Notes under the pieces: generated by a model
The model's database searches: none
What the model was told of the DNA's origin: nothing
Seen by the model: the letters and a program-made list of their open reading frames with translations, nothing else
Made by a program: the position numbers and the translations under genes
Assembly (NCBI GenBank): GCA_964019335.1
Contig: OZ025732.1
Location: 310,001-374,000, forward strand
DNA length: 64,000 nt
From: Diplonema japonicum
Lineage: Eukaryota > Protista > Euglenozoa: Diplonemea
Direction: 5' to 3'
In this document: positions 1 through 12,918 of the stretch, piece by piece
Position numbering within the stretch: position 1 is the first letter of the stretch
Layout of the letters: every line of letters starts with the position of its first letter

Positions 1-966
1 TGCCAGTTTAGGAGAAGCTGTTTTGTTTTTGCTTTGTGTTCAGGGTTCCGCTTTTTTTTCTCTTTTTTTTTTATTCGTCCTGTTTGAGAAAGAGAATAAA
101 GAACGGGAATGAAGAAGTAAAGAAGTGTTCTTTTTTTAGATTCAGGCAGTTTACGTTCGGCAGCTAACCGCCGATTTTCTTTGCTTGAGCAGGAAGAACA
201 ATATATTGATAATGAATTGTTATTGCTAAAAAGAGTAGTGGTAGCATTGTTGGGGCTTATCCTTCTACAGGTTAACCCCCCGGCTGTGCACACAACTGAC
301 TCTTTTTTTTTTCATTTCCCTCTTCTCGTTTTTTTTTTTATACGTTTTGTGATGCAGCGTTTTGGTTACTTTGAGATGGTCTCCTGACACTTGTGCTTTT
401 TTTGGAATACCTTGGTTTAAAGTTCTGAGTTTATTTTTTTCAAGGTGGTGGGGATAACATGAAAGTATCAGAAAAACATCAGATGTGTTGTTCGCTGTTG
501 ACCTCCTCGTCGGTCATCACCGGTAGCACCCGAGTGGAAGAACGTAACGCAGATGCTCAGGGTGGCGAACAGGCAGCAAACTGCACGAGGAGAAGGCTCC
601 AGCGTCAGACAGTTGCATATTCCTTGAATGTGAGAAAAACCACAGTTCAGGATACAACTGCTGTCGCTGCGGCAAGGTAGGAAGTCCTTCCTGTCTTAAG
701 TCTACGCTGAAGAAGGCGGGAAAGACTTTCACTGCCGACCTTGAACTAGGAAGCTGGGTGTGTCCACCCTGCCTGTGGGCAGTTCAGATCAACGGCGAAG
801 AGATGATCATTCCCACTCCCTCCCCGAAGGCCCCTGTGCCTCCGGAAGGATCAACTCCTTCCAAGAACTCCTTGACGGAAGCAGTTGAAGCTTTCCTGAG
901 CAGTCCTCAAGGTGTTGCCTACATACACACGAGACACGGAGAGCTTGTTGACCTCACTGAGGAAAC

Positions 967-1086
967 GGGCCGCGGAGGCCCCGCTGACCGCGGAGGTCAG
1001 CCCGAAGAGGTCCTAGGCCGTGGAGGCCTCGCTGACCGCGGAGGTCAGCCTGGACAAGAAATGGGCCGCGGAGGCCCCACTGACCG
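967..1086 (+). repeat. ~48-bp GC-rich tandem repeat, about 2.5 copies
   Basis: Unit GGGCCGCGGAGGCCCCGCTGACCGCGGAGGTCAGCC... repeated; translates as GRGGPADRGGQP in ORF 758-1390. Confidence 0.85.
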
Positions 1087-1133
1087 GCTGTGCACAAACA
1101 ACAATCAACCGACTCTTTTTTTTAATTCCCTAA

Positions 1134-2459
1134 CCCCTAAAGGCCCGGAGCCTATCTACGGTACCCCCCCCCATTTTCGTTGTTGCTTTAAATACTCAAA
1201 AAAAGGGCAGCATGCAACCATAGGAAGGTGCAAGGAAAGGGTAAACGGTACTAAGATTTTCAATTCCAGGTGCCAGATTCAGATGAGAACACTTAACTTT
1301 GTGTGTAAGAGGGGGGTTGAGGGGGTACTTTTTATGTCCGATTTTGGGGGGTCTTGTCGTGGGGGGTCCGTGGAGTTATGGCTGGGCTAAAAAGGGCAGC
1401 ATTCAGCCCTATTTGGTGCCCTGAACTCTAGGATTGAGGTCAGTCTGGAGACTTTTTGGGGCTGTGGGATGAAAAAAGCAACTTGTGAGTTTTTTTTCCA
1501 GCTGGGGTAGCATGCAAGGGTAAAAAACACGTTTTGCATAAGGGGGTTTTGCAACAGGGCACCACGTTTGCACCTTCTTCCCGCACCCAGGAACAACACA
1601 GGGCACCCTCCTCACCTTCGTTCCGTTCATCATGGTCTCGGAGGTGTGATTTAGGGTCAAATCGAGACGTTTTGGGTATTTCTGAGTGAGGGAATCCTCA
1701 TTGCTAGCGTGTTTGCGCTTGGGGGTCGGTGACGGTGTTGTCGGGGGGGGTGTGCTATCGGTTTTTGGGGCATGGGTGAGAAGCTTTCCAACAAGTTCTT
1801 CTTTGAAGCCCGGGAAGCCATAATTTTTGCCACATTCCCTGCTCTTCTTCCAGATTATGGAGGAGTTGGCAACACAGCTTTCCAGGACCCAATAAAAAAC
1901 GACCATGGTCCACTTCCGGGTTTTCATATGCCGAACTCCAGTCCCCTTTTGCGTTGTACTCTGGGATGGAAAGATTCAGATTCCGCTGTTTTTTTGAATC
2001 GAAACGACCGTTCGTGGAAGAAACTATGAGCTCAAGGACCGCGTGTGCAAAAAAAAAGATTAAAAACACCCTCCTCATTGGCCGCTTCACCTAGAGGTGT
2101 CCTAAGCCCACCTTTTCACGGAGATGATATGTTTTGGGCCTTTGGGAGTATTTCTCCCACCCAAGCATCGTTTCCGGCCCCTCTTTGACCGCCTCATCGT
2201 CTTTTTCTTCTTTATCTGACCAGTCGGGGGAGACTCACGTTTTCGCTGCTATTTTGACCATCTGATTTCATTTTAAGCCAACCCTGCCGGTTTCAATTAA
2301 AACAAAAGTTTTAACGCAAAATGTAGTTTCAAGACAAAAAATAAACCGCGCAACAATGCCATATTTTGAAGTCCAGGGGCCGTGTTCAAAAAAAAAAGTA
2401 CTTAGCGAAAAAGCAAATTTTGAAATAAGGACAAAAACGTCCGCGCGGGCCTTTAGGGG
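1134..2459 (-). mobile_element. Internally deleted piggyBac-like DNA transposon
   Basis: Perfect 14-bp TIRs CCCCTAAAGGCCCG (1134-1147, 2446-2459); CTAA on both flanks; minus-strand remnant KTRKWTMVVFYWVLESCVANSSIIW plus a Cys-rich C-terminus resembles the end of a piggyBac transposase. Confidence 0.85.
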
Positions 2460-3519
2460 CTAATGTTTTTTTTTTTTTTTTTTTTTTTTTAAGTGGGCCG
2501 TTTGCTTAAGCAATATTATTGTCGAGACTAAAGACTAGTTGATGGCAGCGTAATGAGCAATTTTATTAGGTAGGATTCCGCTCGTGCGCATAAACAAAGT
2601 ACTGTGGCACTACCCCCCCCCCCCCCCCCCCCCCCCCCCGGCTCTCAGAAGCAGGATCTGCAGATAGAGGAGTCGAGGGGGTTCTACCACTGCGCCTATG
2701 TGTTAGAAGAAAGCAAAAGAAAAGATGATATCTAAGCTGTGTAGAAAGGTAGGCAGAATAATTCCATCCCAAATCCATGTATTTTCTCCCCAAATCATTC
2801 TTTTTTTTTTTTCTTTTCCGGGGATTTTTCCGCTCAGTATTTCCCAAGTATCCTTACAACCCTTCTTTATATTATTCTCGTTTAGAGTAAGAAAGAAAGA
2901 AGGTTTTTTTTTTTTTTCCGGCACGTACAAACAACGGCCAGTTCCTCTTTTGATGTGTCCCAAATGGGCTGAAGTTTTTTTTTTTTTTTTTTTTTTCCTT
3001 TTTCTGCAGCACGACTTTCTTCTCTCTCAGTGATGTGCAGAAAAAGAAGGAATAAAAGAAGAAAACCCCCCCCCTTTTTTTTTGGTCCTTTTCCTGGCTC
3101 GCCACTCGACCGGGTGGGCACATAAGCGAAGTTCTTCGTCTGCCCGGGGAAAAGGGTGAATCGTTCTCCTCTGCCCGTTTTTTTTTTTTTTTTAGTGTTC
3201 TTCCCTTTTTTTACAGGGTGTTCTTCTTACATTCGTTTCTTTTTTTTTTTTTTTGTTGCAAGAAATAAGATAAACAAAGGTTTCGTAATCGTTTTTGATG
3301 TTTTTTCTTTTTTTTTTTTTACATTTTTTTTTTTCGAGCAAAAAGGAGCAAACAGAACAAGAGAAGGAAAGGAAGGGGTTTGTGTTTTATGTGTTTTTAT
3401 CTCCCATTTTAAAATCCTCTCAAGGTCATCTAGTGCGATTCATTTGGAATATCCTCTGAAAACGGCTTTCTTACCCCCCCCTTCAAAAAATAGGTTTCCA
3501 AGAGAAAGAAAAAGAAGAA

Positions 3520-4575
3520 ATGTTAAAGCTAATCCACGTCGTGTTGGCGCTGCTTGTCTGTGACTGGACGTTCCGCACGTACACCTCGTTGAGCAAGCCG
3601 AAGCCGGTTACCATTGTGGAGGAGAGCGCTGTTTCCCCGTGCAAAACGCCAGCACCGACTCCTTTGGTAGCGAACAAATCGCAAACATGGTGCAAGAACA
3701 TGCAGGACATATACCCGGGAAAGATGGTGGGTACAGGGAGGTGGGTCCCTGACAACTGCAGGCTCAGGGAACTGAGCTACAAGGAGCAGGCGCAGTGCCT
3801 GGGCAAAAACGGCTTTTACACCATTACAGATTCTCTGGGGAGGTTCATTTTTGAGAAGCTCACTGAACAGTACGAGGCAGCTTCCAAGAAGCACCCCTAC
3901 CTGAATGGCCCGGCAAAGGCAGTGGAGTACTGCTGGAACCCTTCATCATCCTCACCGTATGGATTCTTGGCAGCGGGGAGGAACACCAAGGAGTACATGA
4001 TGAACGCTTCTCTCGTGTTGCTGGTGAACGGGGTGTGGGATATCGGTGTGCATTCTTGCAGTCCGGAGCACTACTTTGAATTCTTGAGGCTCAAGGTGCT
4101 TAGGTACAGAAAAGAGATGTCCAGCACCGGCACCATGGTCCTTTACAACATCCCGTACATCCACCACAAGGTGACGAAGAACAACTGGGGTGTCCTGTGC
4201 AATGCGGCCAACCGCGTCGCTGTACACAGGGAGGTCTTGAAGCTGGTCTCCGCGTGCACTGGTGTGGGCATTCTTGACACGTACCAAATGCAGAAGCAGT
4301 ACCCCAACGAGACCCATGACGGCATCCACATGTCTGACAGAGGCAACAACGCCATTTCTGGAATTGTGTACAACATGATGTGCCCTTCGAAGGAGATGCG
4401 GTTGAAGCCGTACCACCCGGAGCTGTCTTGTACCGATAAGGCCATTGCGGAGGCGAAGGCACGATGGGCTACGGTGCCTGAGGCCAATGGACACCCTGAG
4501 GGCTGTCCTACCGCAAAGCACCACAAGTGTTTTGACAGCGAGAAGGAATTCCAAGAACGGGTGATCACTCTGTGA
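3520..4575 (+). CDS. Signal-anchored SGNH/PC-esterase-like protein (putative O-acetyltransferase or esterase)
   Basis: 351-aa ORF; N-terminal hydrophobic anchor; ITDSLGR (GDS-like), NGVWD and DGIH (DxxH) motifs; paralogue at 18923-19945. Confidence 0.75.
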   Translation: MLKLIHVVLALLVCDWTFRTYTSLSKPKPVTIVEESAVSPCKTPAPTPLVANKSQTWCKNMQDIYPGKMVGTGRWVPDNCRLRELSYKEQAQCLGKNGFYTITDSLGRFIFEKLTEQYEAASKKHPYLNGPAKAVEYCWNPSSSSPYGFLAAGRNTKEYMMNASLVLLVNGVWDIGVHSCSPEHYFEFLRLKVLRYRKEMSSTGTMVLYNIPYIHHKVTKNNWGVLCNAANRVAVHREVLKLVSACTGVGILDTYQMQKQYPNETHDGIHMSDRGNNAISGIVYNMMCPSKEMRLKPYHPELSCTDKAIAEAKARWATVPEANGHPEGCPTAKHHKCFDSEKEFQERVITL

Positions 4576-5056
4576 AACGGATACTCTTCTTTAAGAAGGA
4601 TGGTGGACAACTGCACAGGGCAACAGACGATCGTGTGCAGAAATCTTGGTTTTACCCGGGGCGCCCCGGCTAAGTAGCAACGGCACAGCCTGTGCAGGGT
4701 GCCCACCAACCCCTTTTTCTCTTAGGTATAAATTAACTATCATAGGCAATGTTGGGGGATAAGCACGCTTTTCTTTTGAGAATAGGGAAGCGGAGTGGAA
4801 ATGGAAGCGTTTCCTTGTCTTTTTATTCTTATTTTTAATAATAAAAAGGGAAACGTGTCTCCCTAAGGTATTCGAAGGAATAAAGAAAAGTACGAAGGCG
4901 TGCTTTCCTGTTTTCCTGCCAGCATAGCCAGTTTTCAATAGGGATTGGCTAAGGAGAAGATGATAGGTTTCCCCCCCCCCCCCCCCCTACCCCTCTTGTT
5001 TCAAATGTCTTTTGTTTTAATTATCCCCTGCGTTTTTTTTTCTAGACCGTAAAATC

Positions 5057-5533
5057 TAAAGACCCCCTTTAATATCCTCCCTCTTCGGAGCTCACATTCA
5101 TTTCTTTTTATTATTATTCTGGAATGATCATTAAAACCCTTTTTGTAAGGTCAACCCCGTGCCCCTGTGGCATCCTTGTCATATAGATAATCACTTTTTT
5201 TATTTTACTATATAACTATGTGGGCTTTGCTTCTAAGAACATAGAATAAAGAAGATAAGCTGAAGGGAAGGAAAGCCCCTTTTCGTCAAAGCCGTGTCTG
5301 TGCGATAGCCCTCATACTATCTTTCACACACGTGCTTTTAAGACAGAAGGGGGGTTATGCACAGCGCTACAAAAAAAAGAAGAGTACGAAAATTAAAGAA
5401 GAATTGAATTTTCTTTCAATGAAGATTGAAGGAAAACGAACTGTCCCCCCCCCTCCCCATTCCCTTCCCCCTCCCTACACACAAAGTACTCATTTCCTTT
5501 TTTTTTCTTTCAAGGGATGACATTTTTAATCTA
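5057..5533 (+). repeat. ~470-bp intergenic duplication (second copy 7215-7690)
   Basis: Colinear near-identical sequence from TAAAGACCCCCTTTAATATCC to ATGACATTTTTAATCTA; partial copies near 9585-9710 and 11660-11750. Confidence 0.85.
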
Positions 5534-5638
5534 TGCTAAGGGCGAAGAAACGATAGAAAAAAGAAGAAAAATGAAGAAAAAGCGCATCGGCATGATAATG
5601 TCATTAGATGTGAGATAAATAAAAAAAAGAAAAAAAAA

Positions 5639-5785
5639 GTGTAAAGTGCCAAACAACCAGCAAAGCTTGTGGAATGAGAACACCAGCACGGTCATGAGTA
5701 CTCGGGCAACCGGGTGAGCGTCTCGAGACACTTCCAACCCACCTAGTGGGTGCGACCTTAGCAAGTCGAAAAGGAAGTGGAATTT
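5639..5785 (+). mobile_element. Solo 3'-terminal module of LINE family C
   Basis: Near-identical to 52412-52558; ends GGAAGTGGAATTT followed by poly(A). Confidence 0.8.
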
Positions 5786-5877
5786 AAAAAAAAAAAAAAA
5801 ATAAGATGCCTGACTGATAGGCTATGTTTGGCCATGTTTTGGTAGTGCTTACTTTCTTTTTTTTTTTTTTTTTTTTT

Positions 5878-6015
5878 ACCGCATCACACGACTCCGCAAG
5901 ACGCTCACGGCCTCTATCGGAATGAAAGCAATGCTCCAGAAGGGGAGTATTAACAGATAGACCCCCCCCTCCCATAGGGCGGCCCTCTAGCGGGGGGCTT
6001 GTCCTGTACTTTGAG
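5878..6015 (+). mobile_element. 5'-truncated 3' end of a LINE B-family copy
   Basis: Matches about 49300-49441, including the terminal hairpin and CTTTGAG; flanked by T-runs. Confidence 0.85.
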
Positions 6016-7692
6016 TTTTTGTTCCTCATCTCATCTCTTTTTTTTTTTTAATAAATAGCCATTTTTTATTCCTCACCACTGTCATTTTCTTTTTTTTTTT
6101 CCCCTCCAACTCTCGCTGAGACGAAGGCGAGACTAAAGGTAAAAACGATTAATTTTCACCCCCTCTTCTAGGCCTTGCACTGAACAGTTTCATATCGCAG
6201 GCGTTAGAAAGAAAGATGGTGTAGCCGAAGCAGATGCGGGAGGAGCTACAGCTCGGCCCCCTGTAATCAATACAGGTAGAATCGCTTTTTTTTCTTTTTT
6301 TTTTCTTTCTTTTTTTTTTCTTTCGTGCAAACAAGTACAAAATGTCGTACCTGCTGGAGCAGTAGACAGACTTTGAGAAAGATAACCTTTTTTTTTTGTT
6401 TTTTTTTTTTTTTTCCCACGCGGTGTTGACGGTGCCTGCCTGTCTTGTAAGGGGCGGCCCTTACTTATTGTAATACCTTTTGGTTAAAAAGGAAGTCTGG
6501 TCTAGATGGTGGGTTTTTTTTTTTTTTAATTTTTTTAGTTCACTTTTTTCGTTTCTTTTTCGGCACGACCACCGAAGAAGGAGGAACGCGCAGCTGAGAA
6601 TCGGCGCAGGAGGTGGATGAGAAGGGCGGTCTCACAAAGACTTCCTTTAACTCATATTTTCTTTTTAATTTTTCCGAAAACCCAGAAGGGTATCAAAAGA
6701 AAAAAGAAAAAAAAAGAAGAGAAGAGTTTTCTTCACCCCTCCCCCCACCATTTTCAGTAAGCATTTCAACCACCCCCTTGGGCATACAGTGCACCGTTTC
6801 GGTAACGAGGGGAGTCAGATAGATTTCTTTGTTACAAATATTTATCTTTTCAAAAGATGATTTTATAACTATATGCAACTTGTGCCGAGCAAAGAACTTT
6901 CGCAGCTTTTTGGAAACCTTTTTTGCTCGTGCGAACAACAAAGACGTATAGTCATAAAGAATGATTTTTTTGATTAAATTCCTGCATTATACAGTCGCAC
7001 AAAACCGTCTTCGAAGGCAGGTGGATTGCAGGGTTTCGGGAGGGGTCGCGGAGAACAGCTTTTTCAGTCAGAAGAGAAAGGAAAGGAAGAAATAGCAAGG
7101 CCGGCCCACCTAGTGAAGAAGAAAAAAAAAAAAGAAATGCCCCAAGTGCCCTGGGCCCCACTGTTTTCGTGTGCAGTATTTATCCCTTTTCACCTGTTTA
7201 TCCCCACTATCATTTAAAGACCCCCTTTAATATCCTCCCTCTCCCTTCTCACATTCATTTCTTTTTTATTATTATTCTGGAATGATCATTAAAACCCTTG
7301 TTTTAACAATATATATCTATGTGGGCTTTGCTTCTAAGAACACAGAATAAAGAAGATAAGCTGAAGGGAAGGAAAGCCCCTTTTCGTCTACCCCTTTTTG
7401 TCTGTACGATAGGCCTCATACTATCTTTCACACACGTGCTTTTAAGACAGAAGGGGGGTTACGCACAGCGCTACAAAAAAGAAGAGTACGAAAGTTAAAG
7501 AAGAATTGAATTTTCTTTCAATGAAGATTGAAGGAAAACGAACTGTCCCCCCCTCCCCATTTCCCCCCTTCCCTTCATCCTACACACAAAGTACTCATTT
7601 CCTTTTTTTCTTTCCCCTCCCTGAACGGTGAGCACCCACCCGCACACCGAAATTTATCAAATTTTCTTTCAAGATGACATTTTTAATCTATA

Positions 7693-9110
7693 CTGTAAAA
7701 CAAAAAACTCCCGGATGGAAAAATGTCCGAGTTTTTTTAGCGTCCGGGAATTTTTCCGTCCGGGAATTTTTTTTAGGTAAGGCTGTCAGGGGGCCTGGTC
7801 CACTACCACCTACATACTGGCCTGGGCTGCAAACGGCAACCGCGCGAAGAAACCCCCAGGGTTCCCTTTCTGCATCTTTGTCTTCCCTTGCTGCCCCTGA
7901 GGCAATCAGCTTGTCGAGCCTTCGTGTGGCCTACTACCTTTCTTAATAGATGCTTTACAGCTGCGTTCAACCCAATATCCATCGGTTGAACCATGTAGGT
8001 GAGCCCAGGGGGACAAAAGCAGTGTGCACGTTTGCGCCTGCGAACATTTGCGTCTACGAACCCATAGGCATAGGTCGTATGAGAGTTGTGGTCGCCGACA
8101 AGCAGCAGAATTCGGCAAAACCATGGGAATCGATGATTTATAGCAAAAAGGAAGAAACAGCTCCGTAACCCAGATACCGAGTATCATAATTAGCCCAATG
8201 ATTGGGCGATGCCGTTAGGCTCCATTCGATGGGCGGGTGCTTGACCTGGGCACGGATAATCCCGGTTGCGTTTCCGCTTTGCCTTTGTATTTAAGTTGCG
8301 GTGCAACCCATCCAGCCAAGGAAACAGCCAGCTGTTCAGTTATAGCCCGTTTTGTCCCCCAAGCCACGGACTCTTACGACCTTAGCACCCCTTTTCGTTT
8401 TAGTTTTTAACCCCGTATTCCAGACCAATTCCGGCCTTACTTTATGGGTGTCGATTATGGACCTGAATTCCATGGAGAAACAGCATGCCCTCTCGTCCTT
8501 CTCGTTTCCGGGCTATGTCTTTCTTGCTGCAAAGTTTCGTCAGCCTAGCCAGTGGAAAAGGACAGTGCCCCACCAAAGTCTACCAGGTCAGTCTTTCGGG
8601 CTGGATTGGCGCACAGCAGCCCTTCTGCATAGGTGCATATTTGTTGTGCTGGGATAGGCTCGCCAAGCCCGTTTTACCTATCGACTCAAGCAAAAACCTT
8701 TCAGCCCCCGAAGGATGCTAAATCCCGTATTGGGCGATACGCTGCTATCACGGCGTCGCGGCGGCCAGGGTGTGGTAGGGTGGAATAGCAACGTCCAGTA
8801 TTTCCGTCTGGAAGAAGCTGGGGGCTCTGTTGAACCTGTTCCCGCCAAGCTGCTTTCGGGGGTTTGTACTGGCCTTCTCGGCCCCGTGTAAGGAGTTTAT
8901 CTCCTCCACCTCTCGGGGGTGAGCTGGCCGGGGGTGTCAGCACCAAAGTTGGGCCCCTCACAAGTCAGCTGCTCAACGTGCCTTGGGTAGTCGAACTGGT
9001 CAATTTGACGAAGTAGAAAAACTTCTTCCTAGAAAAACTCCCGGACGGAAAAATGTCCGGGTTTATTTGGTGTCCGGGAGTTTTTCTGTCCGACATTATT
9101 CGTTTTACAG
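7693..9110 (-). mobile_element. Degenerate pogo/Tigger-like (DDE_1) DNA transposon
   Basis: TA|CTGTAAAAC ... GTTTTACAG|TA ends; subterminal AAAAACTCCCGGA(C/T)GGAAAAATGTCCG blocks at both ends; minus-strand remnant QPMDIGLNAAVK resembles the DDE_1 QPLD motif. Confidence 0.75.
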
Positions 9111-9995
9111 TATTGATAAATAATAATGTATTGTTATTGCTAAAAAGAGCAGTGGTAGCATTGTTGGGGCTTATCCTTCTACAGGTTAACCCCCCGGCTG
9201 TGCACAAACAAATTTTTTTTGCATAATTATTCGCTCTCAATGGAGAGTCCCTTATCCCATTGCATCGAACAAGGAGGTGGTTTGAAGCAGGTTTTGAAAA
9301 GCAGGCCTCCCACAACTGGGAGGCTTACGAGAATCTTTTTCACGGCTCTTCTCCATCACTCGATGCTCTGGGGTACAGCTGCTTCTCACAATGGTTAAGG
9401 GGATGGGGCGTCTCACAAAGATTTCCTTTAACGAAAATACATTATTGTCGGTTCTCAGCACCCCCCTCCTACTTTTCTTTGGGTGGGGCCGTTGCTAACC
9501 ACTTTGTTCCCATCATAATGAATTTTTTTTTTTTATTCCTCACCACTGTCATTTTCTTTTTTTTTTTCCCCCCTCCAACTCAACTGAAGGGAAGGAAACC
9601 CCTTTTCGTCCAAGCTGTGTCTGCTGCACGATAGCCCTATACTATCTTTCACACACATGCTTTTAAGACAGAAGGGGGGTTACGCACAGCGAAAGGAACG
9701 AAAGTTGGAAGCAACTCACGCACTCGTTTCGAGGTGATGAATCATCGAGTTTTTTTTTTTTTTCGTCTTCATAATATTATTGTCGAGACTAAAGGCTAGT
9801 TGATGGGCAGCGTGGTGAACTATTTCATTTTTAAGGGTAGGATTCCGCTCGTGCGCTTTAGACTGATGTAGGCCTGCGAAATGCGAATGCGGTAGATGCG
9901 CCATTCATTTCCTTATTTCGGAGTGATCATAGGAACCCTCGCCATATCTTTTTAAGGCAACTCCCCCTCCCCCTCCTTCCCCCCCTTTTTTTATA

Positions 9996-11541
9996 GGGGG
10001 GGCCCGAATAATTCCCTCCCAAATAATGTGTTTTTTTTTCCCAAATAATTCTTTTTTTTTTCGGGGATTTTTCCGCTCCAAATTTCCCAAATAATTCCCG
10101 ACCCCTTTCTTTTTTTTTTGGGGGGGATCGGGGGGTGAGGGGGTCACATGGTAAGTCGTGCGACGGGCTTTTCTCAGTTACGCCTGTGCAGGGTACTAGC
10201 CGACCTAACCCATGTATACACCCCTTTTTTGACCAAAAACTCGATTTCCGCCTGGTTTTGGGCACTTTTTGGGCACTTACGAGCAATTCTTTTGCATTTT
10301 GAACAGGGACCACGGGGTTAGCACCTGGGTTATTGTGGGGACTATTTTTCTTAACGCAAGAAGCTAGATGGTTCGTGATGAATGGTTCAAAATTTCATGG
10401 AACTACTTAGTTCGAAGGCGCTTTGTGGGTGGCCCGGGTGCTTCTGCGTTGCCGGAAGGGCACGTGGATTCATGTGTTGACAACTATCCAGTATTTGCTT
10501 TCATGGCCCGCAATGTCAATATTCCATTCTTGAGCAAGATCCCAAAGCTGTGCCGTAGCCCACTGGCAGTATTGTGAGGCTGCTTACGCAAGTAAGAGTG
10601 CTGGCCCGGCGAGCTACGAGGGCAAAAACCCCATTTTCTTCTAGAAGATGAGAAATATATTATAGTGCGACATGATCAGACTGGAACGGCCGCCCCGTGG
10701 GATCCTCTGCTCAACCCGCGGACGTGGGAGGCCCTACTTCGGAAGGTGCCAGTCGCTTGATCAGTGTCGTCGAATGCGCGCTATATTTTATTAGTACAAA
10801 TATAACAATCGATTGAAAAGGAAAAGTATGTATTGTGAGGCTGCTTCTGTGTTGCACCGGCGATTCAGACCTCCCGCCATTTTGAGGGGTTAGGGGGCTG
10901 CGGCAAGCAGCCGAGGCGGGACGTTGGTGATGACTGCAGCAGAGCGCCGAATCAACGTGGAACTGTGGGTAGGGCGGCACATGAGAAAAGTCATGCAACT
11001 GCTCGACACCTTTAGCTGTATGCGGTCTCGCGGCTACCTTCCAGGTAGTTCCGAGGAGACCATACAGCTGGGGGCACTTAGGGGTCGGGCTTCAGACAGT
11101 GCAGCACAGAACGTAGTTGCGGGTGTTACAATAGACACTGCACCTGACGAGACTCCAGCAGCCTCCCAAGCCCTTGCAGCTTCTCAAGCCCCGACAGATT
11201 CTCAAGCCTCTCCCCCGCCAGACCCCTGCAACCTCCCAGCAACCACCTAACGCCAAAACCAGGCGGTCTGTCTGCAACGTTTGTGGGTTCTCCACAGCCT
11301 GGGGGAAAAACTGTTTTAAAATGTCCCTTGGAAAAAAAAAGGGCATGAAAAAAGATCTTGGCACGATTTGGCATGTTAAGATTTCCGAAGTGCTCTAAGC
11401 CCCGCTCCCTGCTTTCCATGTGGCAGGCGACCCAGCCCAAATAAGTACAACCCAAATAAGTGTATTCCAAATAATTCTTTTTTTTTGGAGCCCTAACACC
11501 CCCCCTCCACTGCCCAAATAAAGGGATTATTCGGGGGCCCC
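9996..11541. mobile_element. ~1.5-kb non-autonomous TIR element (possibly Kolobok- or Harbinger-like), copy 1
   Basis: Imperfect TIRs GGGGGCCCGAATAATTCCCT / AGGGATTATTCGGGGGCCCC; TATA and TTAA flanks; second full copy at 54865-56349; degenerate left end near 2757-2850. Confidence 0.8.
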
Positions 11542-11770
11542 TTAACATCAGGGGTTTTTTTTTTTCCCAAAAGCACAAAAGAGTGAGAATGAATAGAAAG
11601 GGAACTAAAGATCCCCCTTTTTTTTTGTCCTTAGACCGTGTCTGCTGCAAGGTAGCGTGTGCTATCTTTCACACACATATTTTAAGACAGAAGGGGGGGG
11701 GGGGGGGGGGGGGGGGGGGATTACGCACAACAACGCTACAACTCTACGAAAGGAAATAAATTGAGAAGCT

Positions 11771-11838
11771 CTCCCTCCCTCCCTCCCTCCCTCCCTCCCT
11801 CCCTCCCTCCCTCCCTCCCTCCCTCCCTCCCTCCCTCC
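11771..11838 (+). repeat. (CCCT)n microsatellite
   Basis: Read directly from the sequence. Confidence 0.95.
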
Positions 11839-12029
11839 GTTCCCCATTTTCCTCTCCCTCCCTTCACACTCACGCACTCATTTCTTTTTCGGGGTGATGG
11901 CTTTCTTTATCATTGCATGACCTTCTTATTTTTTTTTATAAGGGGTAGATATGTAGAGACAAGGGGGACGTTCCAAAACAGAAACCTCCTTCATCTCATC
12001 TCTCTTTTTTTTTTTTTTTTTCGTCTTCA

Positions 12030-12115
12030 TAATATTATTGTCGAGACTAAAGGCTAGTTGATGGGCAGCGTGGTGAGTTATTCTATTTTTAAGGGTAGGA
12101 TTCCGCTCGTGCGCT
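12030..12115 (+). repeat. Dispersed ~90-bp intergenic module
   Basis: AATATTATTGTCGAGACTAAAGGCTAGTTGATGG...GGTAGGATTCCGCTCGTGCGC; related copies near 2512, 9773, 15922, 18431, 27033 and 27482. Confidence 0.85.
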
Positions 12116-12499
12116 TCAAACAGATGCAAAGCCTAAAAAATGCGGTAGATGCGCCATTCTTACAGCTCTGGGAATGATCTGGCCACGAAAGATATAAGGC
12201 AGGTGTACATCTTGTGGCCGAGTTCAATTTCTGGTCTAAATCCTGTTTTTTTGGGGGGGGGTTCGGATTCCTGTCATAGGGGTAATCTTCCTTTTTTTTT
12301 CCTTTTTTTTCTTCTTCTTTTCTTCTTTCTCTTTTATTTTTATACATATTTTCGTCAAGCTACAAAACTAACACCAAAGGAGAAGGCAACATGCCCCCCA
12401 GCCTCAAGACGTCATCTCTACTCTTTTGCGCAATACACCTTGCTGGGCCTGTTGTTCCTCCAGACAGCAAGGGTGCGTACAGGATTCGCGCTGCTCAGG

Positions 12500-12745
12500 C
12501 AGCTGTTGTACCGCTCGTCTTGCCACCACCGGTCAGAGGTTGTCATATTGTATAAGTGCGTCCTCCCCAGCATGCGGCCCTTGGGGAAGCTCACGGACGA
12601 CGAGAAGTAAGATGCAAAGTTCTGCGCCTTTATCGGCGATATGTCGTCCCTCGCAACGTTCAAGGACTCTCCTTCAGACATCATCGAACGACAGCAACAT
12701 CCACGTGGAATATGCTGTTGGTGCAGAGGAGGACTCCGTTCCGTT
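12500..12745 (+). pseudogene. Internal fragment of the 13656-14768 membrane-protein gene
   Basis: Matches about 14074-14325, with a premature TAA and a deletion. Confidence 0.85.
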
Positions 12746-12918
12746 TATTTGCGCTTGTGGCATTCATTTGAGATATTAGTGATCCTCTTGTCTCGATGAT
12801 ATTAGGTCACGAAAGCTGTAGTTCTCGCGGAAGCAGCCCGAGAAAGAAGGAGCAGTAGGATAATCCCGGCTGTGGGCTAACACGGCAGTCCGAGCCGACT
12901 CTTTTTCTTCTTTCTTTT

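Noticed and set aside
967-1086. CRISPR-like repeat-spacer array
   Set aside because: Only about 2.5 contiguous units, no unique spacers, no cas genes, and a eukaryotic context
2566-3563. Poly-Phe, poly-Lys and poly-Gly ORFs here and in other spacers
   Set aside because: Translations of T, A and G homopolymer tracts
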